DNA of 64,000 bases from Lama glama (Eukaryota). This document shows positions 39,905-53,705 of the stretch, piece by piece (the first letter of the stretch is position 1; the number at the start of each line of letters is the position of its first letter). The notes under the pieces are model-generated. The model made no database searches. It was given only the letters and a program-made list of their open reading frames with translations, and was not told where the DNA came from. The stretch is taken from contig CM052817.1 in the NCBI GenBank assembly GCA_028534125.1, positions 84,446,001 to 84,510,000 of the forward strand, written 5' to 3'. A program made the translations under genes and the position numbers.

Positions 39905-40415
39905 ACAGGTGACTGGATAAAGAAGAGGTGGTATATTTATACAATGGAATACTACTCAGCCATAAAAACCGACAACATAACGCCATTTGCAGCAACATGG
40001 ATGCTCCTAGAGAATGTCATTCTAAGTGAAGTAAGCCAGAAAGAGAAAGAAAAATACCATATGAGATCGCTCATATGTGGAATCTAAAAAACAAAAACAA
40101 AAACAACAACAACAAAAAACAAAGCGTAAATACAAAACAGAAATAGACTCATAGACATAGGATACAAACTTGTGGTTGCCAAAGGGGTGGAGGGTGGGAA
40201 GAGATAGACAGGATTTCAAAATTGTAGAACAGATAAACAAGATTATACTGTATAGCACAGGGAAATATACACAAAATCTTATGGTAGCTCACAGAGAAAA
40301 AAATGTGACGATGAATATACACATATGTTCATGTATAACTGAAAAACTGTGCTGAACACTGGAATTTGACACATTGTAAAATGATTATAAATCGATAAAA
40401 AATGTTTAAAAAAAA
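39905..40415 (+). mobile_element. Young lineage-specific L1 3' end running out of the gap
   Basis: gactggataaagaag...atggaatactactcagccataaaa...gcagcaacatggatg (ORF2 end) plus 3' UTR and A tail; very similar to 52215-52736. Confidence 0.92.
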
Positions 40416-42499
40416 GTTGGATCATTACAGTCACACTAAAGATTCTATACTGTAAAATATTTCAAAATAATTAATAGTTGGAAGGAAACAAAATTTCAGC
40501 AGTATGTTCCGTATCACCAAATTTTCCCCTATTACTTGCATTTTCTGGAAGAAAATCTTTCATATAGAGAATTACAGTGATACTTGTTTTCAAGATATAC
40601 TATTTTTTTGACTCAGTCAGTAAGATAAATCATAAAAACTACTTCTAACCAATAAGATCTACGTGAGTTAACTGTTCTTAGAAGTAGCTGTCAACATCTT
40701 TTCTCTCTGTAAAAGTAGCAACTACTCTTATCATAGCCCTCTGGGCTTTCTACTACAGTTTCTTCTCTCTTGTAATTAATTCAGTAATCACTCTTAGATG
40801 GAGGATGCCAAATAGAAAAATGAAGTTAAACACCTTAGTAAAATCGCTGATTTAAGAAAGAAACAAATCAGAGAGATTACAAAAAATTAAAAATTTAAAG
40901 CAATTTAATTTTAAGATAACCAGCTATTCCATTTTATAATAAACCACAAGTCATTATAACAATTTCGAGAGAATGAATTCAGCAGAAACTTTAGACTCAC
41001 TAGTCCTAAAAATAAAAGCAAAATGCCATTTGTGCAAAAGAGTGCTTTCTGTTGCTCTTTGTCAATTAGAAAAAGAAATTACTATGGTTGGCTCAAACTT
41101 AAATGACCACAGGCTAAAAAGCAAACAGTAAAGACTAGGAGAAGACAATTATGACAAAACAGAAGCTGCAACTTAAAAGAAAGGCTTGTTTTTGAAATCT
41201 AGGTCTAAAGGATCACTTTATAAATAAATTTATTAGAAGATTAACCTTGGAAATGATAATATAAATAATTTCAAATGTAACAGAAGAACTTACATCTATT
41301 TTTAGAAGATGTAAGCATTATATGTTCTTTCAGTAAAGCTACGTATCTATCCAGTAATTTATATACAGATTGTTAAGCCAGATCTAATAATCTTGTTCCA
41401 ATAAGCCCTGGCATTTATTCAGTCATCCAAAGCACAGAGTAGATTTCTTTCTTTCTGTCCATGTATGAAGAGAAAAGAAAGTAAGGGAGCAAATAAAATT
41501 CCTATTAGCGTCTATCATATCCACAGCCCCATTCTAAGGAAATCAGTCTTCAAGGTTGCTTTTATATAATGTTGTTATACTTTCTTCCATTTGCATTAAA
41601 TTAAGTCAACCCTGGTACCTTTGTCACAACTGACTTGATCCAGGGTATCTGAGCCAAACACAATGATGAGTATATTCAAACTCTAGGAAAGAGTGGTCAT
41701 CACCTGCTGGTGGGTTTAGCTTGAGACATATAGTATATACTTAAGAAATGTTTCTGTTGTATGATTATCCAATAGTCAGAAAGATCAAAGTTTGGGAAGA
41801 AAATGTAAAAAACATTTTCAAATCAAAGAAACATTATAAGTATCAGGTATACTCTAAAAATGTAGCTCATTGAAACTCAGATTTTATCCTGAACAATGCT
41901 GTATTATGATTCTGGTTCTCCATGTATCCCATCTTAGAAATTTTGAGATTCAGAATGACAACCTGTCTATATAGGCGGCTTTCTTGGTTTCTTCACTCCC
42001 TTCAATTCTAAAATACCTCACTACGAAGAGGATTTCGGCAAAAAGCTGCCACAGCTTAAGTCTATATCATAAGTACATCAAAGCATCTAAAATCTGATAG
42101 ATATCTGAAATTGAGGGAAAAAATAAATTCTCCAAATAATGGGAAATATAAGTAAAACAAGGGGAGAGAAAGAGAGATCTAAAAGGATGTGAGATGGTTT
42201 GGGGTCTTTCTGGGGTAAAAATCAAGATGTAAGCAAATAATAATGAGATTAAGAGATGCTCCTACCAGATACCAAGAGCAAGGAAACAATGGATCAAAAG
42301 ACAAAACCAAAGATAATCTTGAAAACATACACGCAAACAGACAAACACGCACACACTCTTACACTCACAGAGGGCCAAGAACTGATTAGTTACAGGTAAA
42401 TCTTTTCTTCCTCATCAATGTTTTTGAAAAGAAAGGGAGTCTATTTTTCTTTTTTTATAAGAAAATATTATAAAAAGATTGATAACGATGATTTCATAC

Positions 42500-42572
42500 C
42501 TGATAATATTTCAGCTGCCCATTTAGCTCTTCCAGATGCTTATCATACTCAGTAATAAGAGGAGCTAAAAAG
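42500..42572 (-). CDS. SCLT1: SCLT1 exon 4 (73 nt), (S)FLAPLITEYDKHLEELNGQLKYYQ
   Basis: ttctttag|CTTTTTA...TATCAG|gtatga; near-identical to the recalled human peptide; phase 2 to 0. Confidence 0.96.
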
Positions 42573-42708
42573 CTAAAGAAAGATTACAAAGTTAAAAGAT
42601 ACACATTCTGTTTAGTTTAATAAATATGTAACATGAAATAAATTAAACATCAGAACTTTTATTCTAATTTTATCCAAAGCAATCAATACTTTGCCTTTTT
42701 CTTAAACT

Positions 42709-42930
42709 AGAGGTTCTCAACCTTAGCTCAGTATTTTAGGCTGAAAAATTTTCTGTTATAGGGGCTGACTTGTGCACTGCAGAATGTTTAGCAGCATTCC
42801 TGGACTCTACCCATTAGAAGCCAGTAGCACCCTTACCTCCCACAGCTGTGACTAAGCAAAAATGTTTCCAGACATTGTCAAGTAACTGGAAGGAGAAGGG
42901 AGGCAAAAATCACCCAGCTGAGAACCACTC
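42709..42930. mobile_element. MER20 hAT element
   Basis: ggttctcaacctt...tgtgcactgcagaatgtttagcagcattcctggactctacccattaga...aaaatgtttccagacattg...gctgagaaccact. Confidence 0.85.
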
Positions 42931-43059
42931 TTATAGACTATAATACTAGCTTTTTTTCCTTTGTCAATTCAATGACAGATCATTTAAACCTAATTACACC
43001 AGACCATAAAATAAACATTACTAACACTAAAAGGATTATTTTAACAATTAAACATAATT

Positions 43060-43272
43060 GGCGGGGGGAGGTATAGCTCACTGGTGGAGTGCATGCTTAG
43101 CAAACACAAGATCCTGAGTTCAATCCCCAGTACTGCCACCCCAAAATAAATAACTAAATAAACCTAGTTACCCCCCCCCCAAATAAAGTTCTGCTTCTTA
43201 AAGCAAAAACAACAACAACAAAAGACTAGAAATTGACACGACTTTGTAAACTGACTATACTTCAATAAAAAA
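43060..43272 (+). mobile_element. tRNA-derived SINE (Vic-1-like) followed by a ~45-nt L1 3' terminus
   Basis: ggggggaggtatagctcactggtggagtgcatgcttagc...gagttcaatccccagtac, with a tail motif shared with the 22008 copy, then gaaattgacacgactttgtaaactgactatacttcaataaaaa. Confidence 0.85.
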
Positions 43273-43332
43273 TATATATATACAGGAGAACAAAATTAAG
43301 AAAATACTATTTTTCTGGTAACTCAATCTCAC

Positions 43333-43391
43333 CTTTGATCAACGACTGAGTTTTCCAAGGTGTCATCTCCATCTCTTTTGAAGACAGCTTT
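43333..43391 (-). CDS. SCLT1: SCLT1 exon 3 (59 nt), KAVFKRDGDDTLENSVVDQ(S)
   Basis: ttttctgttatag|AAAGCT...GATCAAAG|gtgaga; matches recalled human KAVCQGEGDDTFENLVFDQS; phase 0 to 2. Confidence 0.92.
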
Positions 43392-45462
43392 CTATAACAG
43401 AAAATACTGCATCTTAAAACTTTGTTTTCATTCACCACTCTAACCAAAACTGACAGTAGTTTAAAATTAAATACAATTAAAAATTTTATAGCCTTAAAAA
43501 ATCTGTTATTGCAATTTCAAAAGAGAGAAAGAGAAAAAAATAATCATCTTACCTGATGCTTTAAAAAATGTATTTGGTAATTTTTAACACTTATACACAA
43601 TAAAAACTCTTGGTAAACTAGAAATAGGGAACATCAGAAGTACTGCATTAAATTCAGTCATACAAGGCTGCTCACTATTACTGTGAAAATTCAACATAAC
43701 ACTAAAGGTTCGTCAATGGAATCTGTTGGGTGGATGGTGTTAGGAGATCTAAAGGTTGAAAAGGAAGATACAATACTAACCTCATTTACAGACAATTTGA
43801 CCATTTACCTAGAAAACACTATACATAATCTACCAATTATTCAGACCAATAACAATGCACCAAGTCACCAGACAGAAGATCAGCAAAAAGAAACAGCTGC
43901 TTTCCCAAATACCAGCATTAAACAAAATGTAATAGGAAAACTATCGGATTCCCTACTATACGACAGTACATGAAAATAAAATTTTTAAATGTTGTAATAA
44001 CTTTATTGAAAAATTAACTTTATCGAAGGACATAAAAAAAGGGAACTATATCATATCCATGTGTGGAACAGTCAATATTATAAGTACATCGATTCTTTAA
44101 AATTCACTGCAAGTGCAATGTAATTCAAAAAAAAAAAAGCCAATGGAATAATTTATGAAACCTGATCTTAAACAGATATTAAAGTTCCCATGCATGAATA
44201 AATGTGCAAGAATAGCCAAGATCATCTGGCCAAAAAAAAAAAAAACTGTAATGCTAAAGTAATTAAAACAATATGGTACAGACACAGTACCAACATTATA
44301 GAAAATTCAGAAATAGACACAAGTACTTATGGAATGTTGTATACAAAAGAAGTGAAATTATAATTGATGGACAAAGTACTGCTTTTCAATACTAGTGTTG
44401 GGCAAAAAAATAAAAGTAGATTCTTGCACATACCAAATGGAAAAATAAATTACAGTTAGATTAAAGATCCAAATGTTTTAAAAAAATACTTAACAACTAT
44501 TGAAACAAAATGTATTATTAACCTTGAGATAGAGAAAGCTTTCTTAAGCTCCAAAAATGCAGAAAATTTTGTCTGTTTTGTTCAATATTCTAAGCATTGC
44601 CTGGCATCATCTCACTCAAAATACATTTTCTAACTGTAAGACATCAGCAGTAATAGCTATAAACAGAAAGACTACTATATTTTACAATATCCAAATTTAA
44701 CAGTTCTATACAGCAAAAGATACCACAGCAAACTTAAAAGGCTAGGGTCATTTTTAACATGATCAAATATGAAGTATCTAGTGTAAAGTATGGTGAAACA
44801 TTCAAACACAAGGAGATGTACAAGAATGTTCAGTGCAGCTTTTACTGTAAGTTTTTTAAAAATCAGATAAATGAAAAATACAACAAAATCCCATTACGTC
44901 AAAGAATGAACAAACATGGCAAAAAGTTAAGAGTGAACAAAACTGGGTGGTGGCTATACAGATACTAGTTTTTACTATCCTCTATACTTTGATGTATGTT
45001 CAACATATATACATTTTAAATATAGGGAATAATATATCTAAAGCATTTAGCATAACTCCTGAACATGGAGAGCTTTTAGTAAATCATAGCTCTTTATTTT
45101 TTTAATTTCTCTTTTCTGAATATGGGGGTAAAAAAATCTATTGGCTAACAAAGCTATATAAGAATTCAACCAACATGGGAAGGATTAACTCTCTCAAAGC
45201 AAAACCTCAATAGACGTGTTCACATCACTCCAGAAGAACTACAAAAGGAATTAGACTAAAAGAAAGGTAACCTCCCAGAAAGAAATTGATGAGTTAAAGA
45301 GTAAATGCATCCAGTAGTCTATGTAATTATTTCAGGGAGTGGTTTACTCAGTTCTAGAGCAATGAAAAATTTATTGTATTTTTTAAAGAATTAAAAGTCA
45401 AGTCCTATTTTAACTTTAAATTGTTCCAAAACTGGTTTAAAAGCTTCTGGATATAACTAAAT

Positions 45463-45765
45463 ACAGTTGACCCTTGAACAACTCAGGGGTTAGAGGTGAT
45501 GACTAGCAGTCAAAAATCCACACACTGGTATCTCTGCCTTAAAAACAAAGAAATTGACAAATACTCAAGGGTAGGAAGCTGAAATAATCTGGATAGAATT
45601 AGGACTCAAACTTTAGTTCTTTTGATTCTACATATTGTGGTATCTAAGCTAACAAAAAGTTTTCCATACACTTAAGTTAATTTAAAGATCTGTAAACTGA
45701 AAATACAGGTACTATATTTACTGAAAAAAAGCTTGCACCTAAGACGACTCTTGCAGTTCAAAGTT
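45463..45765 (+). mobile_element. Tigger1-like fragments
   Basis: tacagttgacccttgaacaactcaggggttagagg (left end) and tactatatttactgaaaaaaa...tgcagttcaaa (right-end remnant). Confidence 0.6.
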
Positions 45766-47615
45766 AATTATAGTTTAAACTTTAAAAGTATTATTTCCCA
45801 AATTTCTTAGAATTTTTTTATAAAATCAAAATCAGCTATCAATGTTATGACTGATAGTTGGAGATGGATGACATTTTGCAAAATAATTCAAACCCTTACT
45901 TTCCACCCATCAATTTTAAGTTTCCTAACTGTTATTCTTATCACGTTTCTCTCCACTTTCATCTGTCTTATAGATAGCATCATGCCTGAACTATTATGTT
46001 ATTGTAGTCTAACACAATACCTTACTTACAACAGATGCACAATAAATTAGTGATAAATAAATTTGTTCCAGGTAATTCAGAAAACCATTCTTCTAAAAAA
46101 TATCGAGCAATTATCTACTGCATATTAAATTAAATCCAAACTATTCAACTTAACCATTCAAGGTTCTCTACAATGTGGAAACAACCTAACTTCCCTAATG
46201 TTACTTTCAATTACTTCCCTCACATATACCAAACAGATTACACAAACTGAAGTATGTTTTAATCCCTAAATATAACTTATTTTCTCACCTCCTTGGCTTC
46301 TCATCAAGCCAGTGGGTCCATCTGCAGTGCTCTCCACCACCCCTTCTTTGGGCCCCCAGTGAAATTCTTTTGAAATCCTACCTACTCTTCAGTGTCCATC
46401 AGATATGATACACTCTTTAGGGAACTTTCCCAGATTTCTCCAGCTGCATATGATCTCTTTTTCTTCCTTGATACCCATATTTGGTTTTAAGGTTCTCAAG
46501 TTTCAAATAATATACCTCTAACCTAATTATTTAATATTTCTCATACCATATTTTCATTAGTCTCTAGATTCCTATGAAACAGTAATTTTATTTTACATAC
46601 CTTTCTATCACTAAAGCCCCTGGCATAGTGCCTTACATAAAGATGGTGCTCAATATACTGCTTAAGCTGAATTCTGTGAAGACACTGTTCCAAAACTATT
46701 TTCTAACAACAGTTGCTAAGGAAATACAAATACAAGAATAAATGACCCAATAATCCAAAGTAATTATAGAAGTTACTAAGATTCCAAAAATAAACATAAT
46801 AAATCAAAACATAAGAAAAATATCTGAAAATAAAAATACAGATTCAGCAATCCCTTTCAACGTGCTAGAAAAACTTCTGGAATAAGAGACTGCATTACTT
46901 AGAAAGTGGAGACCTAGAGGGAAAAAAAATCAGGTTAGAAAAATAAGATTGAAATTGACTATAAAAGCATTTATAAGACTTCTTATATTCTCAAACGAAA
47001 TTTAAACAAACTATACAAATTAAAGAATCTTATAAATCTTGAATCTTGAATAATGGATACTGTAACATTAATTTCTATCTATTTTGATCCCAAGATGACT
47101 TCTTAAGATGATAGTGATGGTATATCACAGAAAGAATGTCAGTAATATAGGATTGTAGTCAGGGAAACAAACTTTTTGGACACTTTTCTTCCTCTAATTA
47201 ACAAAACTACATATGTTCTAAGTATTGTAATTATAATTCAGAATGTTTAGTTTTGTATCCCTGACTTCAATCAGTATCACTGGCTATCAAATAAGTAAGT
47301 GGCATCCTTACCTCTATTCTTCAGAAGAAAATAAAGTACAGGTAGACTAGCATTTTGTGAAGGTGATCTTGTACATTTCAGAGGGTTGCAGCAAACCCTT
47401 AAGTCTTTCTCATTCATATCATGAGGAAACAGATTTTCATCACTTATCAATAAAGGTTGATGTACAACATGGGAAATTGAGAAACTTTTACACTCAGACT
47501 CCTTAAAGTACTAAATCATTGATTTCCTACCCTCATCATGGAATGACGCAAAATCAACACTTCAAGGTTATTACCCGAGTACTTCATCACATGGCATCAT
47601 ATGGAGAGTTTAGAA

Positions 47616-47822
47616 CTACACTGTCCAACACAATAGTCATAAGCCACAGTAGTCTATTCAAATTTAAATTTCATTTTTTAAGTGAAAATTAAAGACCTGG
47701 CAGCTGTGTGAGCCTAATTTCAAGTATTCAAAAGCTCCATGTGATACTGGCTACCATACCGAACAGCACAGAATTATACAACATTTCTATGATCACAGGA
47801 AGTTCTACTGGACAGCAATGGT
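47616..47822. mobile_element. MER3-like hAT element
   Basis: ctgtccaac...agccac...atttcaagtattcaaaagctccatgtg...ggctaccata...gaagttctactggacagc. Confidence 0.7.
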
Positions 47823-50478
47823 CTAGAAAGCTAATAATCTGACTTATATAGTAAAAACTGTTTGTTATATTTTACCTGACAAGTCTTATATTTTTAAACT
47901 CATGATCAACAGAAGTAGCTCCTCTTTTTTAATGTAAATTTCAAATAACTATTATTTGATTACAGTTGGAACCAGCTCTTATACCTTATATAAGACATGC
48001 CAAATTTCTTCCCACCTCTGTCTCTTTTTGGTCCATTCTTTGGCTTGTTCTTCACTTTGAGTGCCAACTTGAATGTTACTGCCTTAGACAAGTCTTCTCT
48101 GACCTTTCTACCAAAAATAGGCCCCAGCCATCACCACACTACATACACATTAATCTCTATCTCAGCACCCTGTTTATTATGTTCACAGGATATTACAGTT
48201 TTCATTCATTCATTCATTCATTTATTCATATCTCTTCCACTGAAGAAGGATCTTCTTTATCTTATTCATAGCTCTGTCCACAGAGCTTACTTAGCAAAGG
48301 AATACACTCAAAATTTGTTGAATTAATATATTAATGTTTATTATATTAGTGAATCGGTGAATAAATTTGCACTATGACTGTCTTTCCTCTACAACCAACT
48401 CATACCTCCTGACATCATGCTTTTTTATTTATTTCTTCCTTCCTCTTCTTTCCAGTTTATGTGTTTCCTTTCTTTCCCAGCAGACTACCTCTCAATTTTT
48501 TTTTTAACTTTAATTTTGAGTTCAAGGGGTAAAAAGTAGAAAAAGTCCCAAGCTAGAAGAGGAAGATATTTTTAGGAGAGCTTTTAGAAAAAATAAACTT
48601 ATTTTTAATATTCCACCCCATCCCTCCAGCAAGTACAAAGAGAACAAAAACATGAATCTCACCCCTAAGTACACAAATGTACTAGCATGGTATAGACTGC
48701 AAAGAAGATTCAATTAGCTTGCTTGTGAGAAAAGGCAGGGATTCAACGGGGAATAAAAAATTGGGGAAAAAAATGGGAAAAGAGGAGTATTTCCCATTCA
48801 CTTTCTTGAATAAAATATTTTACTTATCTTTGAATATTTGTCATCCAGTGCCCACTACTACACTCTCAGAGAGCAATGTTACTTGAAACACTATTTATAT
48901 AAAAAAACACAAAATAATCAAAGAAAGACAACTAAATTTGAAAACAACTTGAAGGGATCATTCAAGAAACTAGTTGCTATTTAAAATATCTTCAGAAGGT
49001 TACATACAATTATAAGAAGGGAAAATATTTTTTAAAAGATGAATAAATTATGAAAGTATTATGAACCAAATACATTAAATATACAAGCTACTCAACACAT
49101 TGGAAGAGTCCAACTTTCAGTTTAAATTCAAAGAATTTATATATCATTAGTTACTATAAATGTATCATTTCCCCAAGAAGACTATACAAAATACCTTAAG
49201 GCAATTCATAAAACTTATACTTTGATCCAAAAGAAGTTGAAATAATCATTATGTAGTAATAGCACTTAAGAATTTTAACTATCACTTACAGTAGTTTCTA
49301 TATAAAACCATGTTTGAAGTTCCAGCTTAAAATATAAGAAATAAATATCAAACTCTGCAGCTTTGTTTTTTCAATATTAGAAAAAGGTTTCATACAATAT
49401 GTCCATTTAACACAAGTCCTGGAAATTTTATGGTACCTAGTGTGAGAAAGAAGGGACACTTCATTGGAATTTTATCCCTAAAAATAGAACTAAAAAGCAT
49501 GAACTATTTGTATTTCCCAAGTGATCATGACTTTTGACGTCTCCACTTTCAATGTATTTGGCACATGGAGCTCAAATGATGCCAGAAGATAAGTAGGTAA
49601 GAGCGAAGAAGAGGAAGGATATAGTTGTTTCATTAAGTCAACAAGTATTTATTAAATATTTATTGTATCTAACAAGAACTTTTCTAGAAACTTGGAAAAT
49701 TCAGCTGAACAAAAAGGGCAAGCAAATTTATAAAGAATTTCTGTTGCAAAGCTACACTGACAACAGATCTGAGCCAGTGCTCCTGGGTCCCATTTTCTCT
49801 TTGATAAAGGGTTCCTCCTACTTCTATGTCATTCTTTACTACAAAACAAACAGAAAACAAAAATAAAACAAAAAAAGAAATCCCCCTGAGCATTTTATCA
49901 GAAACCAGAATAATGTTTCTGGGGTGAAAAAAACCCCAAGAATGCACTGCATGTGGCCAAGGATGTGGACCTTTCTGCTAGAAAGCAGATTAAACTCCCT
50001 TTCATGCTCTCATATGACCTCCCCTCTCACTAGTGCACACTGTGCAGTGAAAGGCAAGACCCATGGGGATTGGAGTCTTGAGACAGCAACATGTTCTGAA
50101 GAGATGGTAGACTGCAGAGGAATCTTAGGCAGTAACAACATACTAACACTAAAAATAAGAAATAGAAATCAAGATTTGATCATATGATGACAAAAACAGT
50201 GTATGTAAAATAAGAATGTGTATCTTCAGAGAATTAAAGCTACAATTTCACCAAAAAGTACTCTATTATGTAAAGGAAAACCTGTTTCTGCTTGCTATGT
50301 TACTATCAGGCTTTAATCAATTATAATCACGATACACAATTCAAGTACATCTAAAGGGCCACCTAGAGTCATTATTTTATCTGTTAAAACCATCTTTCAT
50401 AAACAAATCAGCCATAGATTCCAGTAGATATGATGCAATACCATGTCTAGAGGTCTTCTCAGGTTTTAAAATCAATCT

Positions 50479-50928
50479 TGCCAACTGAAAATTGGCACTT
50501 GCCACCTGCCTCTGCTTGGATTAAGTCACGACCTGCTACAGACACTGACCTCCAACACTCTCTGAAAGGAGTGCAGGGTGGAGATCAGGAATGCGGCACT
50601 CTATGCTCTGGGAAAACTGGCAGAACAGGCCTTCAGATAGGTATTTTCAGGAGAAGATTTTGAGCCCAAATTCTTGCATCGCCTCATATGCACTAAAATC
50701 ATTATTGGTGACATCTGTTCCTTGTGACTAGCAGCAAGCCTCTGCCTAAATGTGTGCTTGACTGCATACAAGCCACCTTCATATTATAATAGTGAGTTCC
50801 CCCCTGCCTCTTTGGAGCTGTCCCTCAGAGCTACCTGAGATGCTGTCTCCAGGGCTATAGTCCTCATTCTACCCCAAATAAAACTTAACCCACAACTCTC
50901 ACATTGTGTGATTTTATCTCAGTGCACC
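50479..50928 (+). mobile_element. ERV1-class solo LTR
   Basis: Starts TG and is flanked by atct on both sides; AATAAA near the 3' end; shares tccctcagagctaYctgagaKgctgtctcc...agtcctca with the 53171 LTR. Confidence 0.75.
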
Positions 50929-51686
50929 ATCTTTTGTCTGAATCCTCCCCTCAGGCATGTTCTATATGACATTAAGCAGAAGCAAAAGAATCTAAGAATC
51001 TGAGCAAAAGTTAGAGACTGTTGGATTATGAAGATTCTCTAACACCTAGTATCTTAAAAACAACTTCTTTTTAATATCTCAACAGCAATTTCAGTTTAAT
51101 TTACAAAATTCATTTATGTCAAAAGCAAAACACTTCTTTGCTGTTTCAGTAAAGAACTACCACTAATCCAGCAGCTATTTTTCTTTTAATATTCTCTAAC
51201 TCTACGTCCACCAGTAAATATACCTTATCAGTCAAAAAAAATTTTTTAACACATTATTTAAACAAAAACATACACCCAAGGAAAGATATAATAAAACAAT
51301 GTCATACATTATTTACTGGGTTAGTTTATGCTTGTCATAATTTATGAGAATTCAGAGAGTTCACATTTACAACTGGCTATATTCTGAAAAACAATTTTGG
51401 ATGTTTCAAAAGTCTAATCAATTCTCATTTTAGAATTCTAACATGTGAACACCATAGATAATACATAAGCTTCAACTCTGGGGGGAAGAAAGGCAATTTC
51501 TATGGTCAAGGAATTTATATTCATTAAGCAAAAAACAAGTAGTCTTCCTTGTAAGAATCAAAGCTGTAAGCAAACTTTCAACATCACATGGAATAATCTT
51601 AAATAGAATTTATTTTGCACTCATTCATAGATTATTTGCAATCAAATTTTAACTTAGTTTATTAGACCTCAATTTAATTTACATAC

Positions 51687-51754
51687 CTGTATTGATGAAT
51701 ATTTGAAAAAATTTTCCATTTGATATCGCCTAAGAATGTCATTTAATCTTTGAT
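51687..51754 (-). CDS. SCLT1: SCLT1 exon 2 (68 nt), (N)QRLNDILRRYQMENFFKYSSIQ
   Basis: tttctttttgtttcag|ATCAAAGA...ATACAG|gtatgt; homologous to recalled human NRRLNEDFRRYQMESFSKYSSVQ; contains the first in-frame ATG. Confidence 0.93.
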
Positions 51755-51935
51755 CTGAAACAAAAAGAAAAACCAATTTGTAGTTCATTAGGTAATACTC
51801 AATTTTTAAAAAATAGAAATAACAGATATTATTTGATATATGTAATACAAAACTGCTAGTCTTCACTGCTATTCAAAATAAAATGAATCCTCAGTTTTCA
51901 CACACCATTTTAAAATTTAAGAATAGGCCATTCTA

Positions 51936-52736
51936 TGACCATCATTCAAAAGTCCACAAATGACAAATGCTGGAGAGGCTGTGGAGAAAGGGAACCCTCC
52001 TACTCTGCTGGTGGGAATGTAGTTTGGTGCAGCCACTGTGAAGAACAGTATGGAGATTCCTCAAAAGACTAGGAATAGAACTACCATATGACCCAGGGAT
52101 CCTGCTCCTGGGCATATATCCAGAAGGAACACTACTTCAAAAAGACACCTGCACCCCAATGTTCATAGGCACACTATTTACAATAGCCAAGACATGGAAA
52201 CAGCCTAAATGTCCATCAACAGATGACTGGATAAAGAAGATGTGGTATATTTATACAATGGAATACTACTCAGCTATAAAAAGGACAACATAATGCCATT
52301 TGCAGCAACATAGATGTCCCCTGAGAATGTCATTCTAAGTGAAGTAAGCCAGAAAGAGAAAGAAAAAATACCACATGAGATCGCTCACATGTGGAATGTA
52401 AAAAAAAAAAAAAAAAAAAGAACACAAATACAGAACAGAAACAGACTCATACACATAGAAAACAAACTTGAGGTTGCCAAGGGGTAAGGGGGTGGGAAGG
52501 GACAGACTGGGAGTTCATAATTTGTAGATATTGACAGGCATATGCAGAATAGATAAACAGGATTATACTGTATAGCACAGGGAAATATACACAAGATCTT
52601 GCGGTAGCTCACAGAGAAAAAAAATGTGACAATGAATATACGTATGTTCATGTATAACTGAAAAATTGTGCCCTACACTGGAATTTGACACATTGTAAAA
52701 TGACTATAATTCAATAAAAAATGTTAAAAAAAAAAA
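51936..52736 (+). mobile_element. Young 5'-truncated L1 with target-site duplication
   Basis: ORF2 C-terminal sequence, 3' UTR and poly(A). TSD aagaataggYcattcta at 51919-51935 and 52737-52753 (16/17), preceded by ttt. Confidence 0.95.
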
Positions 52737-53170
52737 AAGAATAGGTCATTCTACGCACCTAGGCCAACTACTACCAATAAGAAAAAAAGAGCTTCAAGAA
52801 CTAATTTTTCTGACCCTATAAATTTTAATTCTCAGTCTTTCTTGGCTTGATCTTCAGGTTACTGAAAGGCAAAAAATATTTTCCACATTTATTTTTCTCG
52901 TCCCTGCTACTAGAAGTGAAAAGAGTTGGAAGGATAAGGCTATAACTATACATCTTCAGAAATTAAAATCTGCTGAAATTCTCTTCCAGGACAAACCTCC
53001 ACACTACAGAGAAACTGCAGAACAAAGTATCCAAATTAGGAAGGGATGGGCAAGAGACAATGGAAAAGAAGGTCCAGAAAAGGCCAGAGCTCTCAGTAAG
53101 CACAAGGTGATATTTTTATTTGCATCAAGAAAAGAAACATACAATAGAACACAGCAGCCAACAAATATAC

Positions 53171-53607
53171 TATGAATGAACAATGTCCCCTGCAAATCAG
53201 TAAACAAAAGATGTGGGGGCCATCAGCCACTGCAGTCATCCCCAACTGTGCACCCTGAGGAAATTCAGGATGGAGAAAAGCAGGATACTGGCCCCAGATA
53301 GTTAAGGTGCGTATTAAAGGAGTGATTTCAATGAGTCCAGACTTTTGCATCTTCCCATTCATAAAAGAGTGCAAAATTCATTAACTTGAGATGTCTGGTT
53401 CTTCTTTAATTAATAGTAATCTTTTGATGTTCCAACTACCTGGACTTGGTTGGAAAAACTCCTACATATCCTGGCTCCTCCCTTACCTCGTCAGAACAAT
53501 CCCTCAGAGCTATCTGAGAGGCTGTCTCCCAGGCTTAAGTCCTCAGTATGTCTGCTGAATAAAACATAAGTCTCAAATTTTAGGCAGTACATTTTTTTCA
53601 ATCGACA
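53171..53607 (+). mobile_element. ERV1-class solo LTR related to 50479-50928
   Basis: Ends ...aataaaacat...ttcaatcgaCA; flanks atac/gtac; shared 3' motif. Confidence 0.75.
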
Positions 53608-53705
53608 GTACAAAATTCATTCTTTCAAGATCACATGAACATTTAAAACTCATAATTTGCTGACAAAAGAGTAAGTCTCAATAACTTTCAAACGACTGTA
53701 ACTCC

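Noticed and set aside
39396..39998. 200-aa ORF
   Set aside because: Artefact of the N run plus antisense L1 sequence.
50479..53607. Two same-orientation related LTRs as a provirus
   Set aside because: The LTRs are clearly diverged and have separate flanking duplications. The interior is host intron, SCLT1 exon 2 and an L1, with no gag/pol/env.
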